Source: the human T2T-CHM13v2.0 reference genome, Homo sapiens. From it: DNA of 64,000 bases. The notes under the pieces were generated by a model. It was given only the letters and a program-made list of their open reading frames with translations, did no database searches and was not told the origin of the DNA. Positions 1 to 14,319 of this stretch are shown here, piece after piece. The DNA is taken from NCBI RefSeq assembly GCF_009914755.1, contig NC_060940.1. The stretch is one strand, 5' to 3'. The stretch's first letter is position 1. Each line of letters opens with the position of its first letter. Both the position numbers and the translations under genes were made by a program.

Positions 1-18
1 CCAGAGATCAAAAAGTCA

Positions 19-339
<321 letters not shown>

Positions 340-978
340 TTAGATGAGTTGGATTTGTAGATATTTAATGTTGATTGTTAAGCCCTGGTAACTTTGCGTA
401 AATTGTTTTAAGCAGTGAGTGGTTCACATATTTTATATAGATGGGCCACTTAGATAATCTCACTTGCAGTTTGTGGTCTGTGATTTAGACCAAACAGGCT
501 TAGCTCAGAGTTTCTGTGAAACAGGTAACACTAAGTATGAAGGTGCCTGCTTGTAGACCAAGTCTAATCCGTCAGCAATTCCTGAGTGCCTACTTGATGC
601 TGAGCCCTCTGTGAGATCCTATAGAGTCTACTAAAGTAACTGGATGATGAAGAGGGCTCTTAGGTTAATGCACGTTTAGAAAATTGTGTTTTGGCAATTG
701 GCACATAAATACCAGGTTGTCCTTTTGATATCACTCTGTTAAAATGTATAATTCTGGAAATGTTCCTCTTGTTTTGAGTCTCTGATGGAGAAAATAATGA
801 GTAGCAACAGAATGCATGTAAATAGGAGGAATGTGCTGTGGTGCTGCACATTTACACCGTTCCCTATCATTTAAGGAGACCAGCTGATAAAAAAAGATAC
901 ATGTTTATTTCGTTTGTTCCTTCCCTAACCCCAATTTGCTGTGTTATTCTTCCGGATTTTCAGGAGGAATCGGCATAG

Positions 979-1406
<428 letters not shown>

Positions 1407-2166
1407 CCTTAAGTGTGTCTTTATAGTAGAGGTTTGTATGCTCAGCCTTCCAGCCTGTGGAGCTGTGTGCTATTACCAAGTTTTACTCTCTGAGTACATA
1501 GCCTGTAGTTGGGTTTGAATATTAAGTGTCAAATTCCAATACACCAATGAGAGATTTGAAGCAACCAGCAGGTAGCTTCTACATCCCTAAAAGCTGCAGA
1601 GCGCTGTCTGTGTTTATGAGCGGTCTCATTTCACACATGTCCAATGACTGGAATGAAGCTGGTGATCCAGTGTGTGATGCTGAAGGTACCATTACCTGCA
1701 GCTGTCCTCTTTCCTGAAATGAGGAGGGGACAGGGGCAATGGCTCAGGAGGAAAACGTGCAGAGCCCGCTGTTCACAAATGTGAAGGTTACTCCAGAGAG
1801 CGCCGGGAGCGATTTGTCAGCTTTGTTTGCAAAGAGATAGGGAGTGAAGGATTGTGATCCTTGGCACCGATAATGTCCCCTGGGCCACAAACTAATCCAG
1901 CAGGAAACCTGATGTAACACAGCTATTTTATTCACATATGTCTGTATGGTTATCATAGAGGGCAGCAATGGAATAACAAGGCTTAGGAGATAATCATCAA
2001 ACAACGTCTCCCTCTTCTGTAAAGGAAGCTGAGCCCAGGATCTTCATCCTTTCAGCCGTACAAGCAGTTGTTCTTCTCACAGACATTTATCGAGCATTTT
2101 GCTACATGCCTTGGGCACGGTTGGAAGGTCCCTCACTTCGCAGAGAGACCTCATCCATGGATTTAG

Positions 2167-2702
<536 letters not shown>

Positions 2703-2791
2703 TGTGTATTTTAAGAATACTTAGCATATGGCATGGCACTGTTAGTGATCAGATCCACATGAGTTTACTTGCCAGAGGAAGTCCATGCATG

Positions 2792-3344
2792 TGTTACGAC
2801 ACCGAGGTACCGGTACAGACCCCAAGAGAGGGTTCTTGGATCTTGTGCAAGAAAGAATTCAGGGTGAGTCTGCAGAGTAAAGTGAAAGCCTGTTTATTAG
2901 GAAATTAAAGGAATAAAGAATGGTTACTCGATGGAGAAAGTAGCCCCAAGGGCTACTGGTTGCCCATTTTTATGGTTACTTCTTGATGATATGTTAAACA
3001 AGGGGTGGGTTATTCATGCCTCCCCTTTTTAGACCACAGAGGGTAACTTCCTAATGTTGCCATGGCATTTATAAACTGTCATGGTGCTGGTGGGAGTGTA
3101 GCGGTGAGGACCACCAGAAGTCAGTGTCGTCGCCATCTTCGTTTTGGTAGGTTTTGGCCGGCTTCCTTACTACAACCTATTTTATCAGCAAGATCTTTAT
3201 GACCTGTATCTTGTGCCGACCTCCTATCTCATCCTCTGACTTAGAATGCCTTAACTGTCTGGGAATGCAGCCCAGTAGGTCTCAGCCTCATTTTACCCAG
3301 CCCATATTCAAGATGGAGTTGCTTTGGTTCACACGCCTCTGACA
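2792..3344 (-). mobile_element. MER41A solo LTR (ERV1)
   Basis: TG..CA termini, 4-bp TSD CATG, ~553 bp, matches recalled MER41A consensus (rc TGTCAGAGGCGT...). Confidence 0.88.
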
Positions 3345-3520
3345 CATGGATCACAATTTGGAGAGCACGGATAGGCTCTCATGGATCTGCTGTTTTACTG
3401 GCTTAAATCCCAGCCTCTACTTACTGGTGGCCTTAGCATTACTGTGACCTTGGGCATTTTATAAAATGCCTGTGAATGCCTCTGAACCGAGTTTCCTGAT
3501 CTGTAAAATGAGAATAGTGG

Positions 3521-4243
3521 TGATTTGTACAGTAGTCAGGGAAATACTGGGTAGAAGAGGGCAGTTCCTTGGCAAAGTCTTCACCCTCAAGCCTGGATAC
3601 TTGTGGCCTTAAATAGCAACAGACATTCCTGTTGCTTTTTGGCCCACCACACCCCCCTATCCTATACCCATATAAACCCCAAACACCCAGTTCCAGAAGG
3701 AGATGAAGAGACAAACAGAAGGGCAGAAGAATGGCAGAATGGCATGGCAGAAAGAAGAGAGGGAGCATCTGAACGCTGAGAGGAGTTCAGCTGGGGACAG
3801 TCAGAGAGGAGATTGGCCACTGGGTGGCGAAACGCCAGAGGAAGATCATCTTCCCACTCCATCCCCTTTCCAGCTCCCCATCTATCCAGATGAGAGCCAC
3901 CTCCACCGCTCAATAAAACACCTGCATTCACTATCCTTCAATTCTGTGTGTGACCCAGTTCTTTCGGGGTGCTGGAGAAGAGCTCAGGATGCAGAAAGCT
4001 GTTGCACTGGTCCTCTGCATTTGCAAATAGGCAGAGGGTCTGCTGTGCTTGTTAACACTTAAGCCATCCGTGGATGGCAAGGCTAAAAGAGCACACTGTA
4101 ACACACGCCCAGTTGGGCTCCTGCAGCTGTCTGTCATCATGCTCCACCTCCTGTAAGGGGTTTGAGCAGTGGCAGCAATTGAAGAGATGAGCCACACCCC
4201 TGTCTCATGTCCTGCGAGGGGGTCAGGGAACTCTCTTGTTTCA
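3521..4243 (+). mobile_element. MER50-like solo LTR (ERV1) inserted in a MIR
   Basis: TGA..TCA termini, TSD GTGG/ATGG, cagggaaatactgggtagaagagggc start, TATAAA and AATAAA. Confidence 0.75.
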
Positions 4244-5844
4244 ATGGTAGTGTCTGTGAATGCAGTTCTACTGCACAGGGTGCTCCATAGACACCCTGGC
4301 TTGTTTTTGCTTTCCATCACACTGATGTGTTAGTCATACCTCACACAGTCACTCACAGCTCCCCAGGTGTATCCCATTGTTATGCACTTCATGTACACAA
4401 TGCATCCCTAAGACATAAAAAACAATCATCAATTTATTTGACAAAGTGTGCTTTGTTTATAAGTTTTCACAATAATCAGAGAGTGACTGCTGGTAAGCCT
4501 TGATTTCTTTTCAAATTCAGTTGAACGCAGCTGTAAAGTGCCTGAACTTTGCCTTTAGCTAAGCAGATCCTAATGGGTTCAGTTAGCATTGTATATGCAT
4601 GTGATTGACCAAAACCTTCCTTCTGGGTTGGCAACAGCGCTCATTAAAAAGTGAAAATACCCTTAGTGTTAATTTACCAAGCAGTGTTCGAGAATGACAA
4701 GCCATCTCAAGAGACTGTTTTCCAAAGGTTAGCTTTTGAAATTAAACAAATTATGGTGAGTTTACATATTTGTTGGATGCAAGTGCAATCTGATATTTAA
4801 ATGGATCATGCCACCCTTTGGATGTTCATGGAAAATTTGGAATTATAGCCTATTTTGGTTTTTTGATGATCTGACATTCCTCATGTGGTGCTTGAGAGGT
4901 TAAGAACCCAGAGGGGAGCCTTGGTAGGCACTGGTATTCATTGGTGACAGTGGATGGAAAAGAATATCAGGATCTTGACCCCTTTCCTCGTGCTATTTCT
5001 GCCCTTGTCTCTGATACTTCATCTCTGTTCCCAGGTAAAAGGCATCTGCCAATTGCAACCCACAGTCTTGTTTGCAAGGAAAGTAACCCCAAGCAATGCA
5101 GCAGCTGGTGGTAACATTAGAATGAAAGGGGCAGGCTGAATACTAGCACCATGGGAAAGAAAATGCAAGTGTCCGATGCAGGGGCCTTAGCCCCACAAAC
5201 TCATCTGAAACAGTGGACCCTTTTCCTATTTTTGCTCTTCCGTCTCTTCCTCAGAGGATGATAAATAATGTGATAACCATGTTATTTACTGACATCATTG
5301 TTAAATGGCTAAAGTTGAGCAGGCAGATCTAATTCTTTTAAATTCATCAATTCATGTAATTCTAAAAATAGCGTTTTGAGATGAGTGGCAGTATCATGAC
5401 TTCCATATTACGGGTGTAAAGATTGAAGCTCAGAGAGGTCGAGTAACTTGCCCAAGGTCACAGCGCCAGCACATGGTGAAGCGCACGTAAGCCACCAGCC
5501 AGAGTGATTTCAGAGACCTCATTTTACTCTACCTTCCCAAGACCCCAGCGTCATCGTCACTCTCACATCCAGGTCACTCTCTACCATTTGGCCAGTTTTT
5601 CTCCTAAAATATGGTCAGAACAAGTCATTCCCCTTCTCAGAGATCCCTAATGGATCCTTAATGACTACCTGCCAAAGCCTAAACTCAGTTATTTGCAGTG
5701 GCCAAAAGCGTGGACTCTGGCGTCTGCTGGGTCTCAGTTAAAGGCGTGGCTGTCCTTATCACTAAGGGATCTTTGGGAAACAAGTCTGTCGGGGTTCAGT
5801 TTCCTCAATGGTAAAAAAATGGCATTAAAAACACCAACCTCAGA

Positions 5845-5940
5845 TGGCTTCACTAGAAGCCCACACCCTCGTTTTAACACAATATACCTCTGTAACAAAC
5901 CTGCTTGTGTGCCCCCAGAACCTACAGTTAAAATAAATCT
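5845..5940 (+). mobile_element. L1P 3'-end fragment
   Basis: caatatacc..gtaacaaacctgc..ccccagaaccta followed by A-rich end. Confidence 0.65.
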
Positions 5941-5965
5941 AACAAAAGCACCTACCTAACTCACA

Positions 5966-6445
5966 TGTACAATGGGATACCATTCAGCTTCAAAAGACAA
6001 GGACATTCTGTCATTTGTGACAACATGGTTGAACCTGGAGGTCATTATGTTAAGTAAAATAAGCCAGGCACAGGGGAACAAATACTGCATTATCTCACTT
6101 ATATGAGGAATCTAAAAAAGTCAAACTCATAGAAACAGAGAGTAGAATGGTGTTTACCAGAGGCTGGTGAGAGGGGAGGAAATGGGGAGATGATCAAAGG
6201 ATACAACATTTCAATTAGACAGAAGAAATAAATTCAAGAGACCTATGGTACAACTATAGTTAGTAACAATGTATATACTTGAATATCACTAAAAGAGTAC
6301 GTTTTAAGTGTTCTCACCACAAAAAAGATAAGTATACACATGTTAATTAGCTTGATTTAGCCATTCCACAGTGTATACATATTTCAAAACATCATGTTGT
6401 ACACCATAAATATACACAATTTTTGTCAACTTAAAGAATAAAAAG
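5966..6445 (+). mobile_element. L1MA 3'-end fragment
   Basis: gaacctggaggtcattatgttaagtaaaataagccaggcac...tcaaaacatcatgttgtacacc; TSD-like ctaccta(a/c)ctcaca. Confidence 0.85.
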
Positions 6446-7570
6446 AAATCCCTCCGCCAACCCAACTACCTACCTCACAAAGTTATTAGCGAGACTTGCA
6501 CCTGTGGTACATATAAAGTATTTAGCGGAGTACTCATTAAATTCGTACTGTTGTTAGGTTGGACTCATGAAGCCTCCTTCATCTAGTTTCATCTTTCCAA
6601 TTTCCCTCAATATCTTTCCCACATTCTGGCTCCGGAAAACTATTCCTGATTCCCTCATATGGCATGGGGCTTCGTGCATCTAGCTTGTAGCCCTACTCTT
6701 TCATTAAGTGACAGTGTTTTCAATCCATGCATTATCACAGTTGCCACTTTTACCAAGTCCATTTACTCCACCACCACCTCCCAAGTCAGGATACATTGCT
6801 CTTCAGTTTTTCTGCTGGGAATCTTGTTTTGCTGTGCCTTCTATTAGCTATTATTAATGTGAGCTTGTTTAGAAAATGGAATGCCCCATTTATCTCTGAA
6901 TCCCTAACTGTACCTGGCATCATGCTTTGATGGTTTTCACAAAGTGGGAACTCAGAAAGTGCCAAATGGATTAATGAGTGGATGTGCACATTAAAATGAA
7001 CACAAGTAACTTACATTATGTTCCTTTGAAAAACATTTATTTCCTATGAGTTGTCATTGAAAAAAAAATCCTTGAGGATCAGAAACAGAACCTGGAAACT
7101 TTGGAATGTAGATTTTTTTCTTTGCTTCTTTAAATTGTAGACTTATTTAAATCTCTACATATTTCAAATCTAAAAGAAATTATGCACAACCAGACTCTAA
7201 ATCCATGTGGAATAATTCAGTATTTCATATACATGAGTTCTGTATTTTTGATGGGTGTCACATGCCAAAGAATGTAGACTATGGCTAGAAATTAAGTGGG
7301 CTTTTGTTTGTTTGTTTGTTTGTTTTTCCAATTGCCTAGATAGGATTTTGCCTTATTAGGATTAAAGACTGCTTTCTTATTAAGCGATGCAGGTCTCATT
7401 GAAATAAGTACCTTTATGAAAATGATGCTTTTCTGATTTTTGTGAAAGATTGAAGCATTTTAGGGTAACTTGGAACATTATGAGATCTAGTTTCCGGAGA
7501 TGTGAGTAAAATTAACTCCATGTTGTGAAGATTTTCAAATGAAAAAAATATTACAGAAAACGTTTAGGGA

Positions 7571-7670
7571 AGGCTACCCGTGTCTGAGGAGGTGTGTGGG
7601 AAATCTCTATAATTTTCTCTTTATTTTGCTGTGAACCCAAAACTACTCTTAAAAAAAGGAAAATTTTATA
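7571..7670 (+). mobile_element. Very short old L1M (MD/MC-like) 3' end
   Basis: ttttgctgtgaacccaaaactactctt; flanked by aaaac(a)gtttaggg direct repeats. Confidence 0.6.
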
Positions 7671-9673
7671 AAAACAGTTTAGGGGAGTGCCTAGAACTTA
7701 GCAAATGCTCTGTAACTTAATGCTCAATAAATGCTAGAATATGCTTCTACTAGATCTGGACCCAAAACATGAGGCTTTACCTATTAAAAGTTAAGAATAT
7801 TTATCAGAATTATATGCAAGCATTTCGTGAAGCATCAGATATGCAGTATTTCATTTAATCCTTACGGGGATCCAGTAGCACAGGTAGTCCAGCCACTTGG
7901 CAGAAGAACATCCTGAGGTTCCAAGGGGTCTGTAAATGCCCCAATATCAAACTCAGGGAAAAATCAGAAACCGAGCTTTGTTTACTGCAGGTTTTCAGTT
8001 CTTACCACTATATGTTACTGTCCGTCATGACAAGACCGGAGATGCAAATATTTTTATCTCAAAACTTCCTACATGTCCTGTGGCTTCATCCACAATGTTT
8101 ATTTCTTACCTGAAATCATGCTATGAAGAAAGTATTGCCCAAAACACATTTGGATGAGGTGGCATATTAGATACATAACTTTTGATGGTTACCTGAGGTG
8201 GCCCCTGAACATTTCGCAAACCTTTCATGATCTCACTCCAGTTTTATGACTTTCCTTTCTCCCACACGGAGATGCTGAGTGCTGTATTCATCTTTCTGCC
8301 TCGCTATTTTTCCTTCATTTCCTTCATTGTCTGCTTTTCTGGAGCATTGTACCAAATGGCTTGGTTGTTCTTTGCTGAACATGAAGGACTGACTATCAGG
8401 AATTTTCTTTTGTCTTCTGGAATTCACTGGCTTTTTAAAAAGTCAGATATCCCCTTCGACTAGATGGATTTTATGTTTTGTTTAATTTTTTTCTTCTTGT
8501 GGGTAGGAATGTGTCATACTGAGAGGCACGTAGTATATCTATCTTGGTATTGACAGCGTTGAACCATATGTACACTTTTGAGGTATCTTTGCTCTTAAGC
8601 TTGTTGATTTTCCTCTTCTGAGGATGCATACGAACCAGGTCATCTGTTGCAATTAAAAAGAAAGAACATTTTTAAAACAAGAAGGTCTAATCTCTTTCTT
8701 GTGCAAACAGGAGACTGAGGCCCAGAGAGAGTTAAATAACCTAATCAAGACCAAATGGCTGGTAATTAGCAGACATGAGACTAAACTTATGCCCCTTTTA
8801 GTGATTCATTTAGAAAAATATATTTTTAAGACATTTTTCAGAATACTAAGGGAGGGTTTTTAGGTATAAAGAATGTAGTGAATGCATCTTTGAAAAGTAG
8901 CATAAATGACTTGAAAAAATGATATTATCAGTGAAGGCACTTCACATATTTTATGTGGGGGTGTCTCTCATACTTGGGGCAGACCCCACTGCCATTGATT
9001 CTGTTGGGATATGATGCTTGAGGTTCTTATTCTTAAAGATAACTGCACCAAGTTTGCCTTGATCGTTTTACTATTTCCTTGAGATTACTTTCTTGAGATG
9101 ATGAGACCAGCTTGAATTTTCATTGTAGTTGTGAGACCTTTCTCAGGTTGAAATGAATTCTGATAAGCTGATTATCTCTCTGAAGAAAATATGATGTCCA
9201 CATTTCATAGCTTAGTTCCGATCACTTCAGTGCCATTTTCGTTCTGAGACATCTTCCCGGGTCTGAATTAAATAAGATAATAAGGTGCTCTGGAGTCCAG
9301 TACGTATTAAATAGATTTTTTTTTTAAAAAAAATCGAGGCCTACAGAGTGGAGGATGGCTTTCTTTATGGTGTATTTTCTTTCTCCATGTTGAAGTAGGT
9401 AGCAGCTAGCTAGTTTCTTTTTCTTTATAGAGCAATGAGTTATGAAGCTCAAAAATAAAGTGTTCTCAGTGGTGTAAATAAAGCAGTAGTCTGAGTAAAT
9501 ATATCACACTATGTACTGAGGGTTTGCTTTTTGCGTTATTTTGTCTCTTTCTTTTCCTTCTCCGCTCTGGTCCAGTTTATGCCATTGTGTATTGTTGACA
9601 CATTAATCTTGGTAATAGAAATGGAAAGCTACTTTTCATTGAGAAATAGATTCAAAGGAAAAGATGATTAATG

Positions 9674-10277
9674 GGCTGGGCACAGTGGCTCATGCCTGTA
9701 ATCCCAGCACTTTGGGAGGCCGAGGAGGGTGGATCATGAGGTCACGAGTTTGAGACCGGTCTGGCTAACATGGTGAAACCCTGTCTTTTTTTTTTTTTTT
9801 TTTTTTTTTTGAGATGGAGTCTCACTGTGTCACCAATGCTGGAGTGCAATGGCGCTATCTCAGCTCACTGCAACCTCCCCCTCCTGGGTTCAAGTGATTC
9901 TCTTGCCTCAGCCTCCTGAGTGGCTGGGATTACAGGCACACACTACCATGCCTGGCTAATTTTTGTATTTTTAGTAGAATCGGGGTTTCACCATGTTGAT
10001 CAGGCTCGTCTTGAACTCCTGACCTCATGATCTGCCTGCCTGGGCCTCCCAAAGTGCTGGGATTACAGGTGTGAGCCACTGCGCCCAGCCCAAACCCCAT
10101 CTTCACTAAAATACAAAAATTACCCAGGCGTGGTGGCAGGTGCCTGTAGTCCCGGCTATTCAGGAGGCTGAGGAAGGAGGATCACTTGAACCCAAGAGGC
10201 GGAGATTGCAGTGAGCCGAGATCATGCCATTGCACTTCAGCCTGGGAAATACAGTGAGAGTCCATCTCAAAAAAAAG
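9674..10277 (+). mobile_element. AluS host element split by a nested inverted Alu
   Basis: Left part 9674-9787, right part 10092-10277; outer TSD aaagat(g/a)attaatg. Confidence 0.92.
9786..10090 (-). mobile_element. AluS nested antisense inside another Alu
   Basis: T25 tail, full reverse dimer, TSD aaaccc(tg/ca)tctt. Confidence 0.93.
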
Positions 10278-10582
10278 AAAGATAATTAATGAACAGAAGT
10301 TCCATGCATTCCCAATGATGTGTTTTTTTATCCTGGCTCTATAAATCTGTCTGCATTGCAGCCTCTTGTGAGCTCCCAGATTACTGTATCCCTCCTCCGT
10401 CTCACCTCCATGGAACTGGTGGATTTAGCTCCAAAGCTACCTGGTATTGCTAACGGAGGAGGAGGACACTTAGAATCTTGAGGACTATCTTCCCTACAGA
10501 GCCGTATGCCTGAGGAGGGGAGACGAATGGCTGGGAATGATCTACTCAGAGGGGAGACGTTACTTAGAATTGCTGTGTTGGT

Positions 10583-10876
10583 GACCAGCATGGTGGTGCT
10601 TGCCTGTAATCCCAGCACTTTGGGAGGTGGCAGCAAGCGGATCACTTGATGCCAGGAGTTCAAGACCAGCCTGGCCAACATGGTGAAACCCTGTCTCTCT
10701 ACCAAAAATACAAAAACTAGCCAGGTGCGGTGGTGCACGCCTGTGGTGCCAGCTACTCAGGAGGCTGAGGCCGGAGAAGGGAGGTGGAAATTGCAGTGAG
10801 CCCACATCATGCCACTGACTATACTCCAGACTGGGTGACACAGTGAGACCCTGTCTCAAAAAAAAAAAAAAAAAAA
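10583..10876 (+). mobile_element. Alu (S/J)
   Basis: Dimer with poly-A tail. Confidence 0.92.
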
Positions 10877-11989
10877 GGAATTCCTATATCTGAGAGACGT
10901 TGCTTTGTAAACCTATTGCACAATTTCTCTCTCCAATGACAACAATCAACAGAACTAGTGAGATGATGGATAATAACCAAAGTGAATCTGTTGGGAAGGG
11001 GTGATGCATGGTAGAGGAGCTTCCTGTGTGTGTGTGAGAGCTAATCACAGCCCCATGGCACGTCTGAGCTCCTTTCTTGTAAAAGCACATCAATCAGTGT
11101 CTTTCTCGGGTTATCCCAAATCCTTCCACGGGTAGTCATAAGCATGTGATGTCTACTTGGGATGGAAGCATTCTCATTGAGAGCAAATATAGCACAACTG
11201 CCATTCAGACCACAGTTCAAGTTGTGGCTTCTCAGTGAGAACACGTACCAATACTAACCCTCTCTGAACATCATGCTTAATCTGTGAATTGGAGATAATG
11301 ATGCCCAGGGCATAGGGATGTCAGTGCAATGCTGCATGCAAATTGTTTATCAGAGTGCATGACACAGAGTTAACATGAGATGCTCCTCCTCCTCCTTCTT
11401 TTTCCTGTTAATTTTTATTATTTTCTTGCTATTGGCATTGTCTTTATTTACACATACTCACATGCATATGTCTTTATCAGTCCCAGATAGATATTTACTG
11501 AGTTCATTTAAATCGCAATAATTTCCATCACTTTTACCTGTGTCTCAAGGCCCTCTTCAGCTTGGGAGGACTTCAATATGACTCAAGTAGGTACAGCTTT
11601 TTAAACACATACTGTAGTCATACTCTTAGCTTTTTTTTTTTCCTGTATTACCTCATTTGATCATGGGGAGAATACTGTAAAAGAGTACTTTTTATTTCCA
11701 CCTCGTGCATTGGATAATTGTGGCCAGAGATGGACAGTAACTCACCCAAGGTCAAGCAACTAGCAAATGCTGGAGCTGCCAGTTGCACCAAGTGGGTATG
11801 ACTTCCAAGTTCAAAGCTCTTTCTTCACGTATGCACTTGCCTCTGAATATCATGGTCTGTCCTCTAACTGACCCCTTAGGAGCTGGACATGAGGTAGGTA
11901 GGAAGTTGAGCTTCAAGAAGGAGCTGTCAGTGCAGGGTGGTCCATGAAAGCCCCTGGGTCTCAGATGGCAGAGAAACATGTGGTTTCTT

Positions 11990-12285
11990 TCTAGAATTAT
12001 TCACTCCTTCACTGAGCCCATATTTAAAGCGCGTTGGTTTTGCTCTAGGCACTCTGTTGAGTGCAGAGTATTTGGTGGGGTGCAAAACCCTCCATGTCTG
12101 AGTCCTCAGGCAGCATTCAGCCTGGTGGGAGAGACAGGTACTAATCAAATGCTTATGTTTTCCTGGATAGTTATAGCTGAGATAAATGCAATGACAAGGG
12201 AACCTGTCCTAGATTTGCTGCAGAAACCAATCAAAGGAGGCTTTGCTAGGGAGGCAGTATTTGAGCTGAGAGTTGAATCATGGAT
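11990..12285 (-). mobile_element. L2 fragment
   Basis: attcactcc..tctaggcactctg..gaggcagtatttgagctgagagttgaa, typical of L2 3' end in reverse. Confidence 0.55.
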
Positions 12286-13248
12286 GGAAACCACACAGGG
12301 GATCTCCTTTCCCTTCAAGCCCTGCTGCTGGAGCCGGGCAAGTTGCAGGGGACCCTGAGGGCTCTCAGTTATCGCTCATGCATCGAAAGGAATGGAACTT
12401 TCTGCATTAGATTTCTGCAGAGATTAGCACTTCTTTTACGTCAGAGGCATTTTTATGTAAGAAGTCTACTGATTTCTTCATGGATGAAATCCTTTGGCCT
12501 TCTTAATAGCACGTGTGTGCCAGGCCAGCTCCAGAAGCTGATAGATTCAGGTGAACTCAGTTCATGTGAACTCAGGAGCATTTGCTGAGAAGCCTGATTC
12601 CTCTTGGTCAGAAGAACTCACTGGCCGTTTCTACTTAGATGGGAAGGAGCATTTTCATCTCCCAAACAATTTTGTGCAATGCCTGTAATCAGCCAGCAGT
12701 TGCCGTCCATTTCTGCCTGTCTTTTATCATTGAACCTAAAAGAATCTGTCTGCAGGAATTAAAAGTTGTCGTTTTCTCTGATATACTATGCCTTGCACTC
12801 AGTACCTCTAAGGAAATGTCACAGACCCCCCAAAACTCCCCCATTTAAGTGGTGGAAACATGGAATTCTCTAGTTTCATGATGGGATTGGTAAAGGAAGA
12901 TATAGCTACTTTGTGAACTTGGTGCTTATACCTTCTCTCCTTTTGCTAGACATGAACCCGAAGGCACCACCCAAAAAGTCAAACTAGACAACATCTCTAT
13001 TTTTAAAAAAGGAGAGGCAGACTAAACATTACATCAGCGTAAGGACTTCAGAGTCACACAGAACTGGATTTGCATTCTGGCTTTGCTGTTGACTAGTGGT
13101 AAAACCTGCAGCAAGTTCTTTCAGATTCGTAAACGCCCCCCTAGGTCATCCTCAAAAGAGAAATAATGGTGGTTGTGCTTAGAGAGACTTCTGCAAGTAA
13201 AGTGCCTAGTACATGGTAAATACTTGGTGTTGGATAGTAATCATTATT

Positions 13249-13374
13249 GCCGGGCAGGAGGCTGAGGCAGGAGAATGGTGTGAACCCGGGAGGCGGAGCT
13301 TGCAGTGAGCCAAGATCGCGCACTGCACTCTAGCCTGGGTGACAGAGAGAGACTCATCTTAAAAATAAAAAAAA
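13249..13374 (+). mobile_element. 5'-truncated AluY right arm
   Basis: gtgaacccgggaggcggagcttgcagtgag; TSD atcatta(t)(t/a)gc. Confidence 0.85.
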
Positions 13375-13419
13375 CATCATCATTATAGCTATTAATATTG
13401 TCCAATACTAAATGGATAA

Positions 13420-14280
13420 GAAATAAATTATTTCTTACTTATACTAAATTATTTCTTTCTAAGTCTAATTGATCTAAATAAATATGTAAATAATAGTCAT
13501 TATATAATATCATTTAATATATTAAGTCATTATATAATATCATTTAATAATATATAATAGAGAAAATGATATAACAATCTGATACATAATGAGTTTTAAT
13601 TATATATTTTTATAAATGATATTTATGATTTATATCTTTAGATTATTAATATTTATGTATTTTTATAAATGATAATCATTTATGTTATTTATATATTTCT
13701 CTATTTTGATAATTATTTCCATATTTTATACATGATGATTGTTTATATTATTTATATGTTTATTTAGATTGTTATTTACATATTTGTATCAGTGATAATT
13801 ATGTTATTTATATGTTTATTTGGATTATTACTTTTATATTTCTATAAATGATAATTTATATTATTTATATATTTATTTGGATTATTTACATATTTTTATA
13901 AATTATAATCATATATTCATTTAGGTTGTTATTTACATATTATAAACTGTAATCATTTATATATTCGCTTAGGTTGTTATTTACATATTTTTATAAATGA
14001 TATTTATGTTATTTATATAAGTTTCTTTGGATTGTTATTTACATATTTTATAATCATTTATTCATTTATTTATTTAGGTTATTATTTACATACTTTTATA
14101 AATGATAATTTCTATTATTTACTGAGTTATTTGGAATGTCATTTACATATTTTTATAAATTATAATAATTTACATTGTGTATTTATCTATTTGGATGGTT
14201 ATTATTTGCACATCCTATAAATGATCATCATCTGTTATTTCCATATTTATTTATTTGGATTGTGATTATTATTTGCTTAT
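13420..14280. repeat. Degenerate AT-rich minisatellite/low-complexity tract, unit ~45-57 bp
   Basis: Recurring ttatttacatatttttataaatgataat...tttggattg, roughly 11-12 copies; 30-bp tandem duplication at ~13495-13549. Confidence 0.85.
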
Positions 14281-14319
14281 TCCTTATGTAGATCCTTGTG
14301 GCCCTGTGTGTGAATCCAT

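Noticed and set aside
5362-5371. Perfect MEF2 site CTAAAAATAG
   Set aside because: A single AT-rich 10-mer at a MIR edge; plausible by chance in 64 kb.
13420-14280. CRISPR-like repeat/spacer array
   Set aside because: Eukaryotic context with degenerate tandem units, no unique spacers and no cas genes.
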